From Methylocella sp. (lineage in GTDB: Bacteria > Pseudomonadota > Alphaproteobacteria > Rhizobiales > Beijerinckiaceae): 64,000 bases of DNA. The notes beneath the pieces are model-generated. The model worked only from the letters and a program-made list of their open reading frames with translations. It was not told where the DNA came from and ran no database searches. The stretch covers positions 728 through 64,727 of the forward strand of contig DASRYK010000074.1 of assembly GCA_035687205.1 (NCBI GenBank). Direction: 5' to 3'. This document shows, in pieces, positions 19,045-30,500 of the stretch. Both the position numbers and the translations under genes were made by a program. How positions within the stretch are numbered: the first letter of the stretch is position 1; each line of letters begins with the position of its first letter.

Positions 19045-19662
19045 ATGAGCGGTCAGGCGGACACAACGGCCCCGGATCTTCCGGGAAAAAAAGGCGAAGA
19101 GCCGCCTGGCGGTGAGGCCGGGGGCGCAGGAGCCGCCGGAGAACCAGCAGCACAGCTAACCGCGGGCATGAAAAGCTCGCTAGGGCTTGGCTTGGAGACC
19201 AGTAACGTCGCGGCGCTGCCCGACGCGGACGGCTATGCGGCCCATGAATTCTATGCCGCCAATTTCACCGCAGCGGAAATCGCCCGCTGCACCGCGCAGC
19301 CCGCGCCAAAACCCGCCTTCCAAAATCTTCTAACCCTAAAGCGCGCCATCGTGAAGTCGGGCGCGGCAAACGCGCCCGCAATAGGATTTAAGGGGATCGA
19401 GATCGGATTCGACGGCGAAGGCAGGCCAGCTTACCAAGGATGCCTCTTGTCTGTGAGCAGCACGGGCACAACCTGCGTAGCCGTGTGCTTGTGGCTCGAG
19501 GGCATCGAATGGCCCCATGCCCGTGCGGCCGCAGGACAGGTGCTTAGGAAAACCATGCACTTCAAGATGCGGACGCGCATTTTTGCGTTCCTGGTTCTCC
19601 TCTCACTGCTCACGATCTTCGGATTTGGCATATGGAAGGCCCTCGAATTCTTGCCTCGCTGA
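19045..19662 (+). CDS. AcpS-like phosphopantetheinyl transferase homolog, divergent, with C-terminal TM helix
   Basis: LGLGLE..NFTAAEI..LKRAIVK..IEIGFDGEGRP..LSVSS aligns by eye with the AcpS fold. Catalytic residues differ. C-terminal IFAFLVLLSLLTIFGFGIW. Confidence 0.6.
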   Translation: MSGQADTTAPDLPGKKGEEPPGGEAGGAGAAGEPAAQLTAGMKSSLGLGLETSNVAALPDADGYAAHEFYAANFTAAEIARCTAQPAPKPAFQNLLTLKRAIVKSGAANAPAIGFKGIEIGFDGEGRPAYQGCLLSVSSTGTTCVAVCLWLEGIEWPHARAAAGQVLRKTMHFKMRTRIFAFLVLLSLLTIFGFGIWKALEFLPR

Positions 19663-19798
19663 GGGAGCTTATGCCATCCTCGCAGCCATAGCGCTTGGCG
19701 AGCGGGCTTCACATCCCAGCCCGCCGCCAAGGCATCGCGGTGCAATTTGCTCACGGGTGTAAAAACACCTGTGATGACCAAGTCATTTTGTTTGAGGC

Positions 19799-20314
19799 TT
19801 ATTGTTTAATGAGCGTTCCGCTATAAGGCACAATCTCCAAGCCGATGCTCCCGTCCCGCGATGTGTATTTGCCGACGACATCGAGGTCCGGCTGGAACTT
19901 TGCTCCGGACGGCAATGAGACCGGCGGGACCTGCAGCACAATGAAACCGTCTATGTGCGTTCCAGCAGCAATTCCCGTGACCTTATAAATCAGCGGGCAA
20001 TCGACATAGTCGGCAGCGTCGGGGGGAAGAGCGTCTCTCTTAAGAACAGGCTCTTTAAAGCCCTGGCCTTCCTGATTTGCCACCACGAATTTCTTCAGGA
20101 AGGAAACCTGGAGCTTAGCCATAGGATTATGAATGTTAATCGACGTCGCATAGACTCCGATGACGTCGTCGGCATCTTGCTTGAGCGTCCCGCAGGTGAA
20201 TTTTGCGGCGTAATTCTTATAAGGCGGCGGCAGCCCCGCCGCCGCCGCCAAAGATATTGCACTCAGGCTCACACAGCCTGCCAAGGCAAAGGTCCTCGCG
20301 CAATGAAACACCAT
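19799..20314 (-). CDS. Exported hypothetical protein
   Basis: AGGAGG RBS before ATG 20314, signal-peptide-like N-terminus, YAAKFTCG...YATSINIHNP...DYVDC. Confidence 0.7.
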   Translation of the reverse strand: MVFHCARTFALAGCVSLSAISLAAAAGLPPPYKNYAAKFTCGTLKQDADDVIGVYATSINIHNPMAKLQVSFLKKFVVANQEGQGFKEPVLKRDALPPDAADYVDCPLIYKVTGIAAGTHIDGFIVLQVPPVSLPSGAKFQPDLDVVGKYTSRDGSIGLEIVPYSGTLIKQ

Positions 20315-20689
20315 TTCTATCCTCCTGAGGTTTGCGGGGCCGGAGACTGGCTTATTCCGTGAGAAATCTTCCGCCAAGCGGATCCTCCCCGGAATCATTG
20401 CTATCTGCGCATGACATGCATATAACAAATACCCTAAAGCGTCAGCTTTTACAAATCTGTCCGCCGCGAGCCATGCGTCGAGAGTGCTGGCGCGCCGCAT
20501 AAAACTAATTTTTCATTTGAAAGGGAATGCTCTGACTCTTGCGCCGGGCCGCCAGCCGCAAATTTTTTAAACCGGCAGCAGGAATTCTGGTTGCACGCGC
20601 CCGGGAGGGGATAGAAAAGAAATTTCCCGGCAATCGAACCGCCCTTCAAATCCATAACCCTTCAAATCCATAAATAATCGAGGAACGCA

Positions 20690-22051
20690 TTGAGCGGCTC
20701 GTTGAGAAAAGGGGCGCTTGGGTTTCTCGACGCGCTGACCATGGCCGTCGCGGGCTCCGCGCCTGCTTATTCGATCACTGTGAGCACCGCTGCCCTTGTG
20801 GCCGCTGCCGGAATGGCCGGGCCTGCTGCGCTTTGGATTGCGGCCCTGCCGATGATGGGTATTACCATCGCCTTCGCTCAGCTCAACCGCTGGCGGCCGG
20901 ATGCGGGAGCCGCCTATGTCTGGGTTGGCCGCGCGATTCATCCTGCCCTGGGCTTTCTCGCAGGGTGGTCCCTCCTCAGCCTTTCGACAATCTTCATGGT
21001 TGCCGCCTCGCTGCCAGCGGGGCAGGCAACCCTCGATCTTCTGGTGCCGGAACACAGCCAGGACGTGCTCTGGGCAACCGTTACCGGCACAGCCTGGTTT
21101 CTCGGCGTCCTCCTTATCGTTACGCTCGGCGTGACGGTGAGCGCCCGTGCGCAGATGATCTTCGCTTTGACCGAGGTTGCGGCGCTCATCCTTATCATCC
21201 TGCTTGCGATCTGGAACGCGCGCGCGCAGCCCGCCGCTGAATTTTCGTGGAGCTGGTTTTCCCCTTCAGCCTTCGGATCCTTTGAGACTCTTTCGGCGGG
21301 AATGCTGGTTGCTCTCTTTTACTATTTCGGGTGGGACGTCTCGGCCAATCTCGCTGAAGAGACTGCGGGAGCCGACCGGGTTGCAGGAATTGCCTGCGTT
21401 GTCGGCGTTGTGCTGATTGTCGCACTGATCCTTCTCGCCCAGGTCGCCGCTCAGATGGCTCTCACGCGTGAGGAGATCGAAGCGAATGGAAGCAATCTTC
21501 TGCCCGCGCTTGGAGCTGCGGCGCTTCCCTGGCCCTGGAGCAAGATCGCCGTGCTTGCTGTGCTGATGAGCACGGTTGCAACCATCGAGACCCAGCTCAT
21601 TCAATGCACGAGACTCTTGTTTTCAATGGCCCGCGACCGCGTCATCAGCGAGTGCGCGGGCGAGCTCCATCCACGCTTTCAGACTCCCTGGATCGCAGGT
21701 TTCGCCGTTGGCGGCGTTTCCCTTCTGCTATTTGCTGGGTCGACGGCTGTGCCTTCGATCAACACATTGATGAATGGGCTCATCAGTGCAATCGGCGTGC
21801 AGGTTTCTTGCTATTATTCTTTGGCGGGGATCGCCTGCGCCTGGCATTACAGAAAGACGATGCGGGCCGATGCAAAGACGCTTGTTTTCGCCGTGATCGT
21901 GCCTTTGGTGTCGGCAATCATTGTCGCAAGCGTCGGCCTTTCGCAGCTTCCGCATCTCGGCTGGCAAGTTTCGCTCATCAGCACTGGAAGCATCCTGTTT
22001 GGCGCCGTGCCGTATCTGTATTACCGCTGGCGCTACAAAAGCCATCGATAG
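20690..22051 (+). CDS. APC-family amino acid/polyamine permease
   Basis: About 12 TM segments, GSAPAYS in TM1, PDAGAAYVWV, YFGWDVSANLAEET, HPRFQTPW. Confidence 0.9.
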   Translation: MSGSLRKGALGFLDALTMAVAGSAPAYSITVSTAALVAAAGMAGPAALWIAALPMMGITIAFAQLNRWRPDAGAAYVWVGRAIHPALGFLAGWSLLSLSTIFMVAASLPAGQATLDLLVPEHSQDVLWATVTGTAWFLGVLLIVTLGVTVSARAQMIFALTEVAALILIILLAIWNARAQPAAEFSWSWFSPSAFGSFETLSAGMLVALFYYFGWDVSANLAEETAGADRVAGIACVVGVVLIVALILLAQVAAQMALTREEIEANGSNLLPALGAAALPWPWSKIAVLAVLMSTVATIETQLIQCTRLLFSMARDRVISECAGELHPRFQTPWIAGFAVGGVSLLLFAGSTAVPSINTLMNGLISAIGVQVSCYYSLAGIACAWHYRKTMRADAKTLVFAVIVPLVSAIIVASVGLSQLPHLGWQVSLISTGSILFGAVPYLYYRWRYKSHR

Positions 22052-22240
22052 CGCCCGGGTGATCCCTCAAGATCACACCGTTTCCTACAGCGAAGGCTCT
22101 TTGACCTTATGCCGTGCGCGCCGCAGCCGCTATCTTGTGTGCTTGAAGGCACAGAGCAGCTGCAACTGCTTTGCCATCGTGGAGGGGCTCCAGGACTGGA
22201 GCCTTTTAAAAAAATCTATTGCGATACCGGAGTTGTTATT

Positions 22241-22840
22241 ATGAGATCCGCTTTCCTCGCAAGCGCCGCTTGCGCGCTTATAACCGTGGCGTCAATCCAT
22301 GCCCAGGCGGCGCCCAAGACCATTCAGTTTCCCCTCAAAGTGGCGGGCGGCGCAGCCAGCTGCCTGCCCTCCGCGACCGGGAATGTCATCGACCACTCCT
22401 TTGGGGAGTTCGAAAATCTTGAAGTTGTCGTGAAAGGCTTGCCGCCGAACACCGCTTTCGACCTCTTCTCGATCCAGGTGCCCAATCCGCCCTTTGGGCT
22501 TGCCTGGTACATTGGCGACATCGTGACGGACGAGAGGGGCGTGGGCGTCGGCAATTTCACCGGCCGCTTCAACATCGAAACTTTTGTTGTCTCCCCTGGG
22601 GCAGCGCCGTCGCCGCAAGTCTTTACGAAGCCTCCCTTTCCGAATGCCGCGACGGGCGTCACGGTCGCTCCCGTGCAACTCTATCACCTTGGGCTTTGGT
22701 TCAATTCGCCCGCTGACGCCGCAAAGGCCGGATGCGCGAGCACGGTGACGCCATTCAATGGCGAGCACAATGCGGGCATACAGGTCCTTAACACCGGCTC
22801 GTTTCCGGATCTGAAGGGCCCCTTGTTTTATTTGAAATAA
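22241..22840 (+). CDS. Exported hypothetical protein
   Basis: Signal peptide MRSAFLASAACALITVASIHAQA, then a beta-rich domain GLPPNTAFDLF...HLGLWFNSP...PFNGEHNAGIQVLNT. Confidence 0.75.
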   Translation: MRSAFLASAACALITVASIHAQAAPKTIQFPLKVAGGAASCLPSATGNVIDHSFGEFENLEVVVKGLPPNTAFDLFSIQVPNPPFGLAWYIGDIVTDERGVGVGNFTGRFNIETFVVSPGAAPSPQVFTKPPFPNAATGVTVAPVQLYHLGLWFNSPADAAKAGCASTVTPFNGEHNAGIQVLNTGSFPDLKGPLFYLK

Positions 22841-22925
22841 TCTGCTGCGCCTGCCTTTCTGTCCTTGAGGAGAGAAAGGCTTCAGCAAGCGGAAAGGGCC
22901 CGTTGGCTCTTTCCGCCGTTGCGCT

Positions 22926-25900
22926 ATGATCGCGCTGATGTTGAAGAGCAATTCCCCGAGGCCCGGCTGGGCAGCGCTTTTTCATCCAGCAGTTGCCGCA
23001 TGGTTTGCACGCGCCTTCGGGGCGCCCACCGCTGCGCAGGCCGAAGCGTGGCCCGCTATTCAGGCCTCCGAGCATGTATTAATCGCCGCCCCCACAGGTT
23101 CGGGCAAGACGCTCGCTGCGTTTCTCGCCGCGATCGATTCACTCGTCCGGCAAGCGCTCGAGGGAAGGCTCAAGGACGAAACGCAAATCATCTATGTCTC
23201 ACCGCTCAAAGCCCTGTCCAACGACATAGAGAAAAACCTGCAAGCTCCCTTGGCCGGAATCCGCGAAATGCTGCGCGCTCAGGGGCTTCCTGATCCCGGA
23301 ATCCGCGCTCTTGTTCGCACGGGAGACACGCCCCAAGGCGGGCGCAGCCATATGCGCCGCCGCCCGCCGCATATCCTCGTCACGACGCCGGAGTCGCTGT
23401 TCATTTTGCTCACATCCGAGTCCGGCCGGGGGATGCTTACGGCCGCGCGGACCGTGATCGTCGATGAGATTCATGCGCTCGCGCCGAACAAGCGCGGAGC
23501 GCACCTTTCGCTCTCGCTAGAGCGGCTTTCTGCGCTTTGCGCGCATCCCTTGCTGCGCGTGGGCCTCTCGGCGACAGCAAAGCCGCTCGAAGACATTGCG
23601 CATTTTCTCACCGGCGCCCGCCCCTCAAGCTCTGGAGAGGCGCCATGCAGGATCATCGACACGGGTCATTGCCGGAAGCGTGATCTTGCCATCGAGCTTC
23701 CTCCTTCTCCGCTCGAATCCGTAATGGCAGGCGAGGTCTGGGAACAGGTTTACGGCCGTCTTGCCGGGTTGATCGAAACCCATCGCAGCACGCTTGTTTT
23801 CGTCAACACCCGCCGCATGGCCGAGCGGGTTGCGCGCGCCCTCTCCGGCCGCTTAGACCCTGATCTGATTGCCGCACACCATGGAAGCCTTGCAAAGGAG
23901 CAGCGGCTTGATGCCGAGCAGCGGCTAAAGAATGGAAAGCTCAAAGCGCTCGTTGCAACCGCCTCGCTTGAGCTCGGAATCGACATCGGCCATGCCGATC
24001 TCGTCTGCCAGCTTGGCTCGCCGCGTGCCATCGCGGCTTTTCTCCAGCGGGTGGGGCGCTCCGGCCACGCCGTCGGCGGGACGCCGAAGGGGCGGCTCTT
24101 CCCGCTTTCCCGCGACGACCTTGCCGAATGCGCGGCGCTGCTTGACGCGGTGCGCCGGGGCGAGCTCGATCGGCTTGCGATCCCCGAGAACCCCCTCGAT
24201 GTCCTTGCGCAGCAGATTGCCGCCGAGGTTTCTGCCCGCGAGTGGGACGAGGATGCTCTTTACCGCCTCTATTGCCGCGCTTGGCCTTACCGCAATCTTG
24301 CGCGGAAAGACTTCGGCGAGGCTGTGGCAATGCTGGCCGAAGGCTTCAGCACCCGGCGGGGCCGGCGCGGTGCCCTCCTTCATTACGACGCTGTGAACCG
24401 TAAACTGCGCGGCCGGCGCGGCGCGCGCCTTACCGCTTTGACGTCGGGCGGGGCAATTCCGGAAAACGCCGACTACCGCGTGCTCCTTGAACCCGAAAAT
24501 CAATTCATTGGCACGGTGCATGAGGACTTTGCCGTCGAAAGCATGGCCGGGGATATTTTCCAGCTCGGCAATCAGTCCTACAGGGTTCTGCGCGTCGAAC
24601 GCGGCTCTATGCGGGTTGCGGATGCCCAGGGCATGCCCCCAACGATCCCGTTCTGGCTGGGTGAAGCGCCAGGGCGCAGCAACGAGCTGTCCTGCTCGGT
24701 CTCGCGCCTCAGGAAAGAAGCTGAAGCGCGCCTGCCGCCAGGGCAAGATATTGAGGCTGCTGTGCATTGGCTCTGCAGGGACGCAGGTCTAGCGGAGCCT
24801 GTCGCGCGGGAGCTGGCCGCTTATCTCGCGGCGGGAAAGGCAGCGCTTGGCTGCTTACCATCACAAGATACGATCGTCTTCGAGCGTTTCTTCGATGAAT
24901 CGGGCGGCATGCAGCTCGTCATCCATTCACCTTACGGCAGCCGGATCAACCGCGCCTGGGGCCTCGCGCTGCGAAAGCGTTTCTGCCGGAAATTCAATTT
25001 TGAGCTCCAAGCGGCAGCAACCGACGATAACATCCTGCTTTCGCTTACCGGCGCGCATAGTTTCGAGCTAGCCGAGGTCAAGCGCTATCTCACCCCGGCA
25101 ACGGTACGGAGCCTTTTGATCCAGGCGCTGATCAATGCGCCGATGTTTGTGACCCGCTGGCGCTGGGTTGCAGGGATTGCGCTTGCGCTTCCGCGGTTCC
25201 GCAGCGGCAGGAAGGTTCCTGCCTATCTTGCCCGGATGGATGCGGAGGACCTGATGGGCGCGGTCTTTCCCGACCAGATCGCCTGTGCCGAGAACATCGT
25301 TGGCGACCGGGAGATTCCAGATCATCCGCTGGTCCGCCAGACCATTGCCGATTGCCTTCATGAGGCCATGGACATTGAGGGTCTCGAAAGACTCCTGGGA
25401 AGAATCGAGTCCGGCGCGGTTGCAGTCGTATGCCGCGATCTTACGGCGCCATCGCCCCTTGCACAGGAAGTGCTTTTAGCGCGGCCTTATGCCTATCTGG
25501 ATGACGCCCCGCTCGAAGAGCGCCGGGCGCAGGCCGTCATGGCGCGGCGATGGCTTTCGCCAGAGTCTGCAGCAAGCCTCGGCCAGCTCGATCCCGAAGC
25601 AATCGCCCGCGTGCGGGACGAGGCCTGGCCTGATGCGGCCAATCCGGACGAATTGCACGACGCGCTTCTTTGGGCGGGATTTCTGAGCGCTGATGAAGCG
25701 GAGGCGCAGCCGGGCTGGCTCAGCTTTCTCAAATGCCTCGCAAATGAACGCCGCGCAGCGCTCCTTTCCTTGGCGAATACCGGGTTATGGGTTGCGGCCG
25801 AGCGGCTGCATCACTTCAAGGCTCTGATGCCTGCGGCAAGGGTCGAGCCGCCGCTTGAACGGCCCGCAAACTGCCGGCCGGAGCTGTTGGCGCCCGAAGC

Positions 25901-27320
25901 TGCTTTGATCGAGATCGTCCGCGGCCGCCTTGAGGCCCTAGGGCCGGTAACAGCAGCGTCTCTTGCGGCGCCTCTCGGGATTGAAGTCAGCGCGGTCCGG
26001 GCAGCGCTCGCAGCTCTGGAGATGGAAGGCTTTGCTATGCGCGGCCGCTTTACGCCAGATGCCCGCGCGGAGGAATGGTGCGAGCGCCGTCTCCTTGCGC
26101 GGATCCACCGGTATACTGTGAAGCGCCTGCGGGCTGAGATCGAGCCCGTGCCGGCGCGGGATTTTCTGCGTTTCCTTCTCACCTGGCAGAAGGTCTTGCC
26201 TGAGGCGCGGATGGCCGGTCCGGAGGCCCTTGCCGCAATCATCGCACAGCTTGAAGGATTCGAAGCGCCTGCTTGCGCCTGGGAGAGTGAAATTCTGCCT
26301 GCCCGCCTCGAAAACTACGATTCATCCTGGCTCGACGATCTGTGCTTTGCCGGACGGATCGCCTGGGCGAGGCTCAGGCCGTGCATGGAACGGCCGGGCA
26401 GCGCGGCTCCCCCCTCCTTGCGCACAACGCCCATTACTTTTCTCTCACGCCGTCATGCTGCTCTATGGGCGTCACTTGCGCCGCCAGCCGAGGGGCCTGC
26501 GCCAAGCGCTCGCGCCGAGGCCATTGCCGCGTTCCTGCGCGAGAATGGCGCATCCTTCTTTGAGGAAATCGCCGAAGGCGCGGGGCAGTTGCGCTCACAG
26601 GCCGAAGAAGCTCTCTCCGAGCTTGCCGCCGCTGGCCAGGTTACATCCGACAGCTTTGCTGGTTTGCGGGCCTTGCTTGTGCCCTTGAGCCAGCGTCGGA
26701 CCGCGGCGCGCGCCAGGCAGAGGAGGCGCATGGTGATGAGCATTGAGCATTCTGGCCGCTGGGCGCTCGTGCGGAAAAGGAATGCCGGGCACTCCGCACG
26801 AGAGAAAAAAGCTGAGGCTGCCGAGCATGCAGCCCGCACACTGCTTCTCCGCTACGGCGTCGTATTCCGGCGCCTTCTCGACCGCGAGGCGGCCTGGCTA
26901 CCGCCTTGGGGGGAGCTGCTGCGCATCTACCGCATGCTTGAAGCGCGCGGCGAAATTCGCGGCGGCCGCTTCATTGCCGGATTTACAGGCGAGCAATTCG
27001 CGCTGCCCGAGGCGGTGGGCAAGCTGCGCGAGACCCGGCGCGAGCCGGAAAAGAGGATGATTGTTTCGCTATCGGCCGCAGATCCTCTAAATCTGACCGG
27101 CATTTTGACCCCCGGCCCCCGGCTCCCCGCTCTTGCCGCCAACCGGCTTCTTTATGAGGACGGCGTTCCCCTGGCCTTCCTTGCGGGCGGCGAAATCAAG
27201 TTTCTTAAGACGCTTGATCCCGCCCGCGCCTGGGAATGTCAAAAAGCTTTGCTGCGTGCCGCTTCCCCTGCGGTGGAGAAGCGCCTTTGCGCCGAAAGCC
27301 CCGGACTCCTTGTCAGGTGA
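22926..27320 (+). CDS. lhr: Lhr-family ATP-dependent helicase (long form with C-terminal winged-helix region)
   Basis: [54 protein letters not shown]. Confidence 0.9.
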   Translation: MIALMLKSNSPRPGWAALFHPAVAAWFARAFGAPTAAQAEAWPAIQASEHVLIAAPTGSGKTLAAFLAAIDSLVRQALEGRLKDETQIIYVSPLKALSNDIEKNLQAPLAGIREMLRAQGLPDPGIRALVRTGDTPQGGRSHMRRRPPHILVTTPESLFILLTSESGRGMLTAARTVIVDEIHALAPNKRGAHLSLSLERLSALCAHPLLRVGLSATAKPLEDIAHFLTGARPSSSGEAPCRIIDTGHCRKRDLAIELPPSPLESVMAGEVWEQVYGRLAGLIETHRSTLVFVNTRRMAERVARALSGRLDPDLIAAHHGSLAKEQRLDAEQRLKNGKLKALVATASLELGIDIGHADLVCQLGSPRAIAAFLQRVGRSGHAVGGTPKGRLFPLSRDDLAECAALLDAVRRGELDRLAIPENPLDVLAQQIAAEVSAREWDEDALYRLYCRAWPYRNLARKDFGEAVAMLAEGFSTRRGRRGALLHYDAVNRKLRGRRGARLTALTSGGAIPENADYRVLLEPENQFIGTVHEDFAVESMAGDIFQLGNQSYRVLRVERGSMRVADAQGMPPTIPFWLGEAPGRSNELSCSVSRLRKEAEARLPPGQDIEAAVHWLCRDAGLAEPVARELAAYLAAGKAALGCLPSQDTIVFERFFDESGGMQLVIHSPYGSRINRAWGLALRKRFCRKFNFELQAAATDDNILLSLTGAHSFELAEVKRYLTPATVRSLLIQALINAPMFVTRWRWVAGIALALPRFRSGRKVPAYLARMDAEDLMGAVFPDQIACAENIVGDREIPDHPLVRQTIADCLHEAMDIEGLERLLGRIESGAVAVVCRDLTAPSPLAQEVLLARPYAYLDDAPLEERRAQAVMARRWLSPESAASLGQLDPEAIARVRDEAWPDAANPDELHDALLWAGFLSADEAEAQPGWLSFLKCLANERRAALLSLANTGLWVAAERLHHFKALMPAARVEPPLERPANCRPELLAPEAALIEIVRGRLEALGPVTAASLAAPLGIEVSAVRAALAALEMEGFAMRGRFTPDARAEEWCERRLLARIHRYTVKRLRAEIEPVPARDFLRFLLTWQKVLPEARMAGPEALAAIIAQLEGFEAPACAWESEILPARLENYDSSWLDDLCFAGRIAWARLRPCMERPGSAAPPSLRTTPITFLSRRHAALWASLAPPAEGPAPSARAEAIAAFLRENGASFFEEIAEGAGQLRSQAEEALSELAAAGQVTSDSFAGLRALLVPLSQRRTAARARQRRRMVMSIEHSGRWALVRKRNAGHSAREKKAEAAEHAARTLLLRYGVVFRRLLDREAAWLPPWGELLRIYRMLEARGEIRGGRFIAGFTGEQFALPEAVGKLRETRREPEKRMIVSLSAADPLNLTGILTPGPRLPALAANRLLYEDGVPLAFLAGGEIKFLKTLDPARAWECQKALLRAASPAVEKRLCAESPGLLVR

Positions 27321-27513
27321 GAAAAGCTTCTCTCAAGCAAGAAAGCCACGTTCAAGCCATTGTCATCCGTTTTCGAGAAGATTCGTTCACGCCTAATGAT
27401 ACGGCCCCGGCTGGGTTTGTTTCGCCGGTTCGCAAGGCCTGGCCGGCACCGTAAAAGTCTTGTGCTATGCCGTGACATGGGCACAGCCAGAAAGAAACGT
27501 CAAAGCGGCCATA

Positions 27514-30500
27514 ATGATTGATCCGGAAAATCCTGGCGCAGTGCCAAACAAAGCTCCGCAGCAGCCCAATGGCAGGCTAAGACCAGGCCGAGGCGCCAAA
27601 ATCGTCCATGACGCAGTAAAGGGCCGCATCCGCTTCCGGCATAGGGAGCTTACCGGGCGGCCCGGTCTCGCATTGGCTGTCATGGAGTCGCTTCGCCGCT
27701 GCCATGACGTTAAAAGCGTGCGGGCCAGCGCGCTCACAGGCTCCGTGCTTGTCGAATTCGGATCTGCCGTGACGGCTTCGCAGCTCGCGCAAGCCATCGA
27801 CGCAATCGTGAACGGCCACAGCGCTTCGCTTGCGTTGCAGCTTTCTCTCGAGCGCTCCTTGTCCGCTGCTGGAGCTTCCGGGAGCCAGGCCGCCGGTCAG
27901 GCATGGCATGCTTTATCAGCCGCGGAGGCATCCAAACAGCTCGGCGCATGCCTCGAAAGCGGCTTAGCGCCTGAAGAAGCGCAGCGCCGGATCGCGCTTT
28001 ATGGCCGCAACGAGATGCAGAGACTCGAGGCACGCCCGCTGCTTGCGATCTTTACCGAGCAAACGACAAGCCTGCCGATGATCTTGCTTGCTGTTTCTGC
28101 GGGGCTCTCGATTGCCACAGGCGCTTTCGGCGACGCTGTTGTCATCGTTGCCGCCATGCTGCTTAATTCGATGATTGCCACAGCGACGGAGCGCCAGGCT
28201 GAGCGCACCATCGTAGGCCTCTCGAACACGGCGTTGCAACCGGTGCCCGTTTTGCGGGGCGGCCGCCGCCGTCTTATCGATCCGGCCGATCTCTCGCCCG
28301 GAGATCTCGTGCTGCTTGAGCGCGGAGCGCTTGTCCCCGCAGATGCGAGGCTTGTTAAAGCTGCCGACCTCACCGTGAACGAATCCGCTTTGACCGGTGA
28401 AGCGCTTCCTGTCCAGAAGGATGCTGGACTTGTTCTTCCAGCCGATACGCCTCTGCCTGACCGCAAGAATATAGTTTTCCGCGGAACTGCCGTGACCGGA
28501 GGGTCCGCTGCGGCACTTGTCTTTGCCACCGGCAGAGCGACTGAGATCGGAAAGCTTCAGCAGCTCTTAGGCATGGTGCGCCCGCCCGAGACGCCTATGC
28601 AACGCCAGCTCGATGAGGTCGAGCGCGAGCTTGTCGCTGTCAACAGCGTCATTTGCGCCTGTGTTTTTGGCATTGGACTCTTGCACGGCAACGGTCTAAT
28701 CGCGACCATCCGCAGCGCGATCGCTCTTGCAGTCGCTGCCCTTCCGGAGGGGTTGCCCGCGGTGGCGACAACGGCCCTTGCAATCGGTGTCCAGCAGATG
28801 CGCAGACGCCATGTGCTCGTGCGCAAGATCGGCGCTCTCGAAACGCTTGGCTCCATTCAGGTGATTGGCCTCGACAAGACCGGCACGCTCACCGAGAACC
28901 AAATGGCAGCCGTGGCGGTCCATGCCGGAAGCCGTTATCTCGTCCTTCGCGAAAACCGCTTCGTTTGCGAGGGCAATGATCCCGGCGAAATGATCGCTGG
29001 CATCGTGCGGCGCTTATTCGAGGTGACCGCTCTTTGCAGTGAAGCTGCCATCCGCCTGCTGCCCGAAGGCCCTGAGATCGAGGGCACCCCCACAGAAAGC
29101 GCGCTGGTCTCGGCGGCTCTGGCGCTTGGCATCGACGTTGCTGCCCTCCGCGCCTCTGCTCCTATCGTCAAAATGGCGGTGCGCGCGGAAGGGCGTAAAC
29201 GGATGAGCACGCTCCATGAGACCGCTGGCGGCGGGCGCAAGCTCTGTGTCAAGGGCGATCCCGTGGAGGTGCTGTCGCTCTGCACGCATCTGCTCATGCC
29301 AGACGGTCTTGCCGCGCTCGACGAGGCAAGCCGCGCGGCAATCCTCAAGGCCAATGATCGGATGGCTGGCCAAGCCTTGCGCGTGCTCGGCGTGGCTGCG
29401 GCTGAGGGAGAGAGGGATCCTGCAAACGAGAGCGGATTAGTTTGGCTTGGTCTTGTGGGCCTTGCTAACCCAATCCGGCCAAGCGTCGTCCCTGCGCTAG
29501 CAAGGCTCCAGCGCGCTGGCATCCGCACCGTGATGATCACTGGCGATCAGAGCGCGACAGCCTTTGCGATTGCAAAGGATCTGCGCCTCAACGCAGATGG
29601 CGAGCTCGTCGTCCTTGAAGCGGGCCGCATTGCGGGTCTCAAGCCCGAGGTCCTGGCCGCTCTCGTCGCCCGGCCGCATGTTTTCGCCCGGGTGAGCCCT
29701 GTCGAAAAGCTCAACATCGTGAAAGCGCTTCAGGCGCAAGGCCTGATTGTCGCCATGACGGGGGACGGGATCAATGATGGCCCGGCCCTAAGGGCGGCCA
29801 ATGTCGGCATTGCGATGGGCGGCGAGGGCACAGATGTTGCGCGGGAGGCGGCCGACATCGTGCTTGCCCGCGATGATCTCGAGGGCATTATTGAAGCCAT
29901 CCGTCTCGGCCGCTCGACCTATGCCAATATGCGCAAGGTCCTGCGCTACCTTACATCAACGAATACGGCCGAGACATTGATTATGCTCGCGGCCGCTGTT
30001 GTTAACCGCGGCGAGCCTCTCACGCCGATGCAGCTTTTGTGGGCGAACATCGTTGGCGAGGTTGCCCCTGCGCTGGCGCTCGCTCTTGAGCCGCCAGAGC
30101 CGCGCGTTCTCGACCAGCCGCCGCACGACCCCCGCGCGCCTATTCTGACAAGCGCCGATTTCCACAAAATCGTCCGTGAAGGCGTTGTCATCGGAACAAT
30201 GGCTCTTGGCGGATATTTTCTTTCGCTGGGCGCAGGGGAAAGAGGGGCAAAGAGCGTTGCCTTTCACAGCCTTGCCCTTTCACATTTTCTTCAAGCCATC
30301 AGCTGCCGGTCGGAGACCCGCGGCTTTACGGCTGAGTTCTGCCGGCCCTCGAGCACAAAGCTTTATGGCGGGCTTGCAGTTTCGGCTCTCCTCCAAGCCA
30401 TGGCGCAGTTTGTGCCGCCCCTTCGCCGGGTCCTAAATCTTGCTCCTCTCGCTTCCAAGGAGCTTGCTGCCATCGCTGGCAGCGCTCTTGGCGGCGCGGC

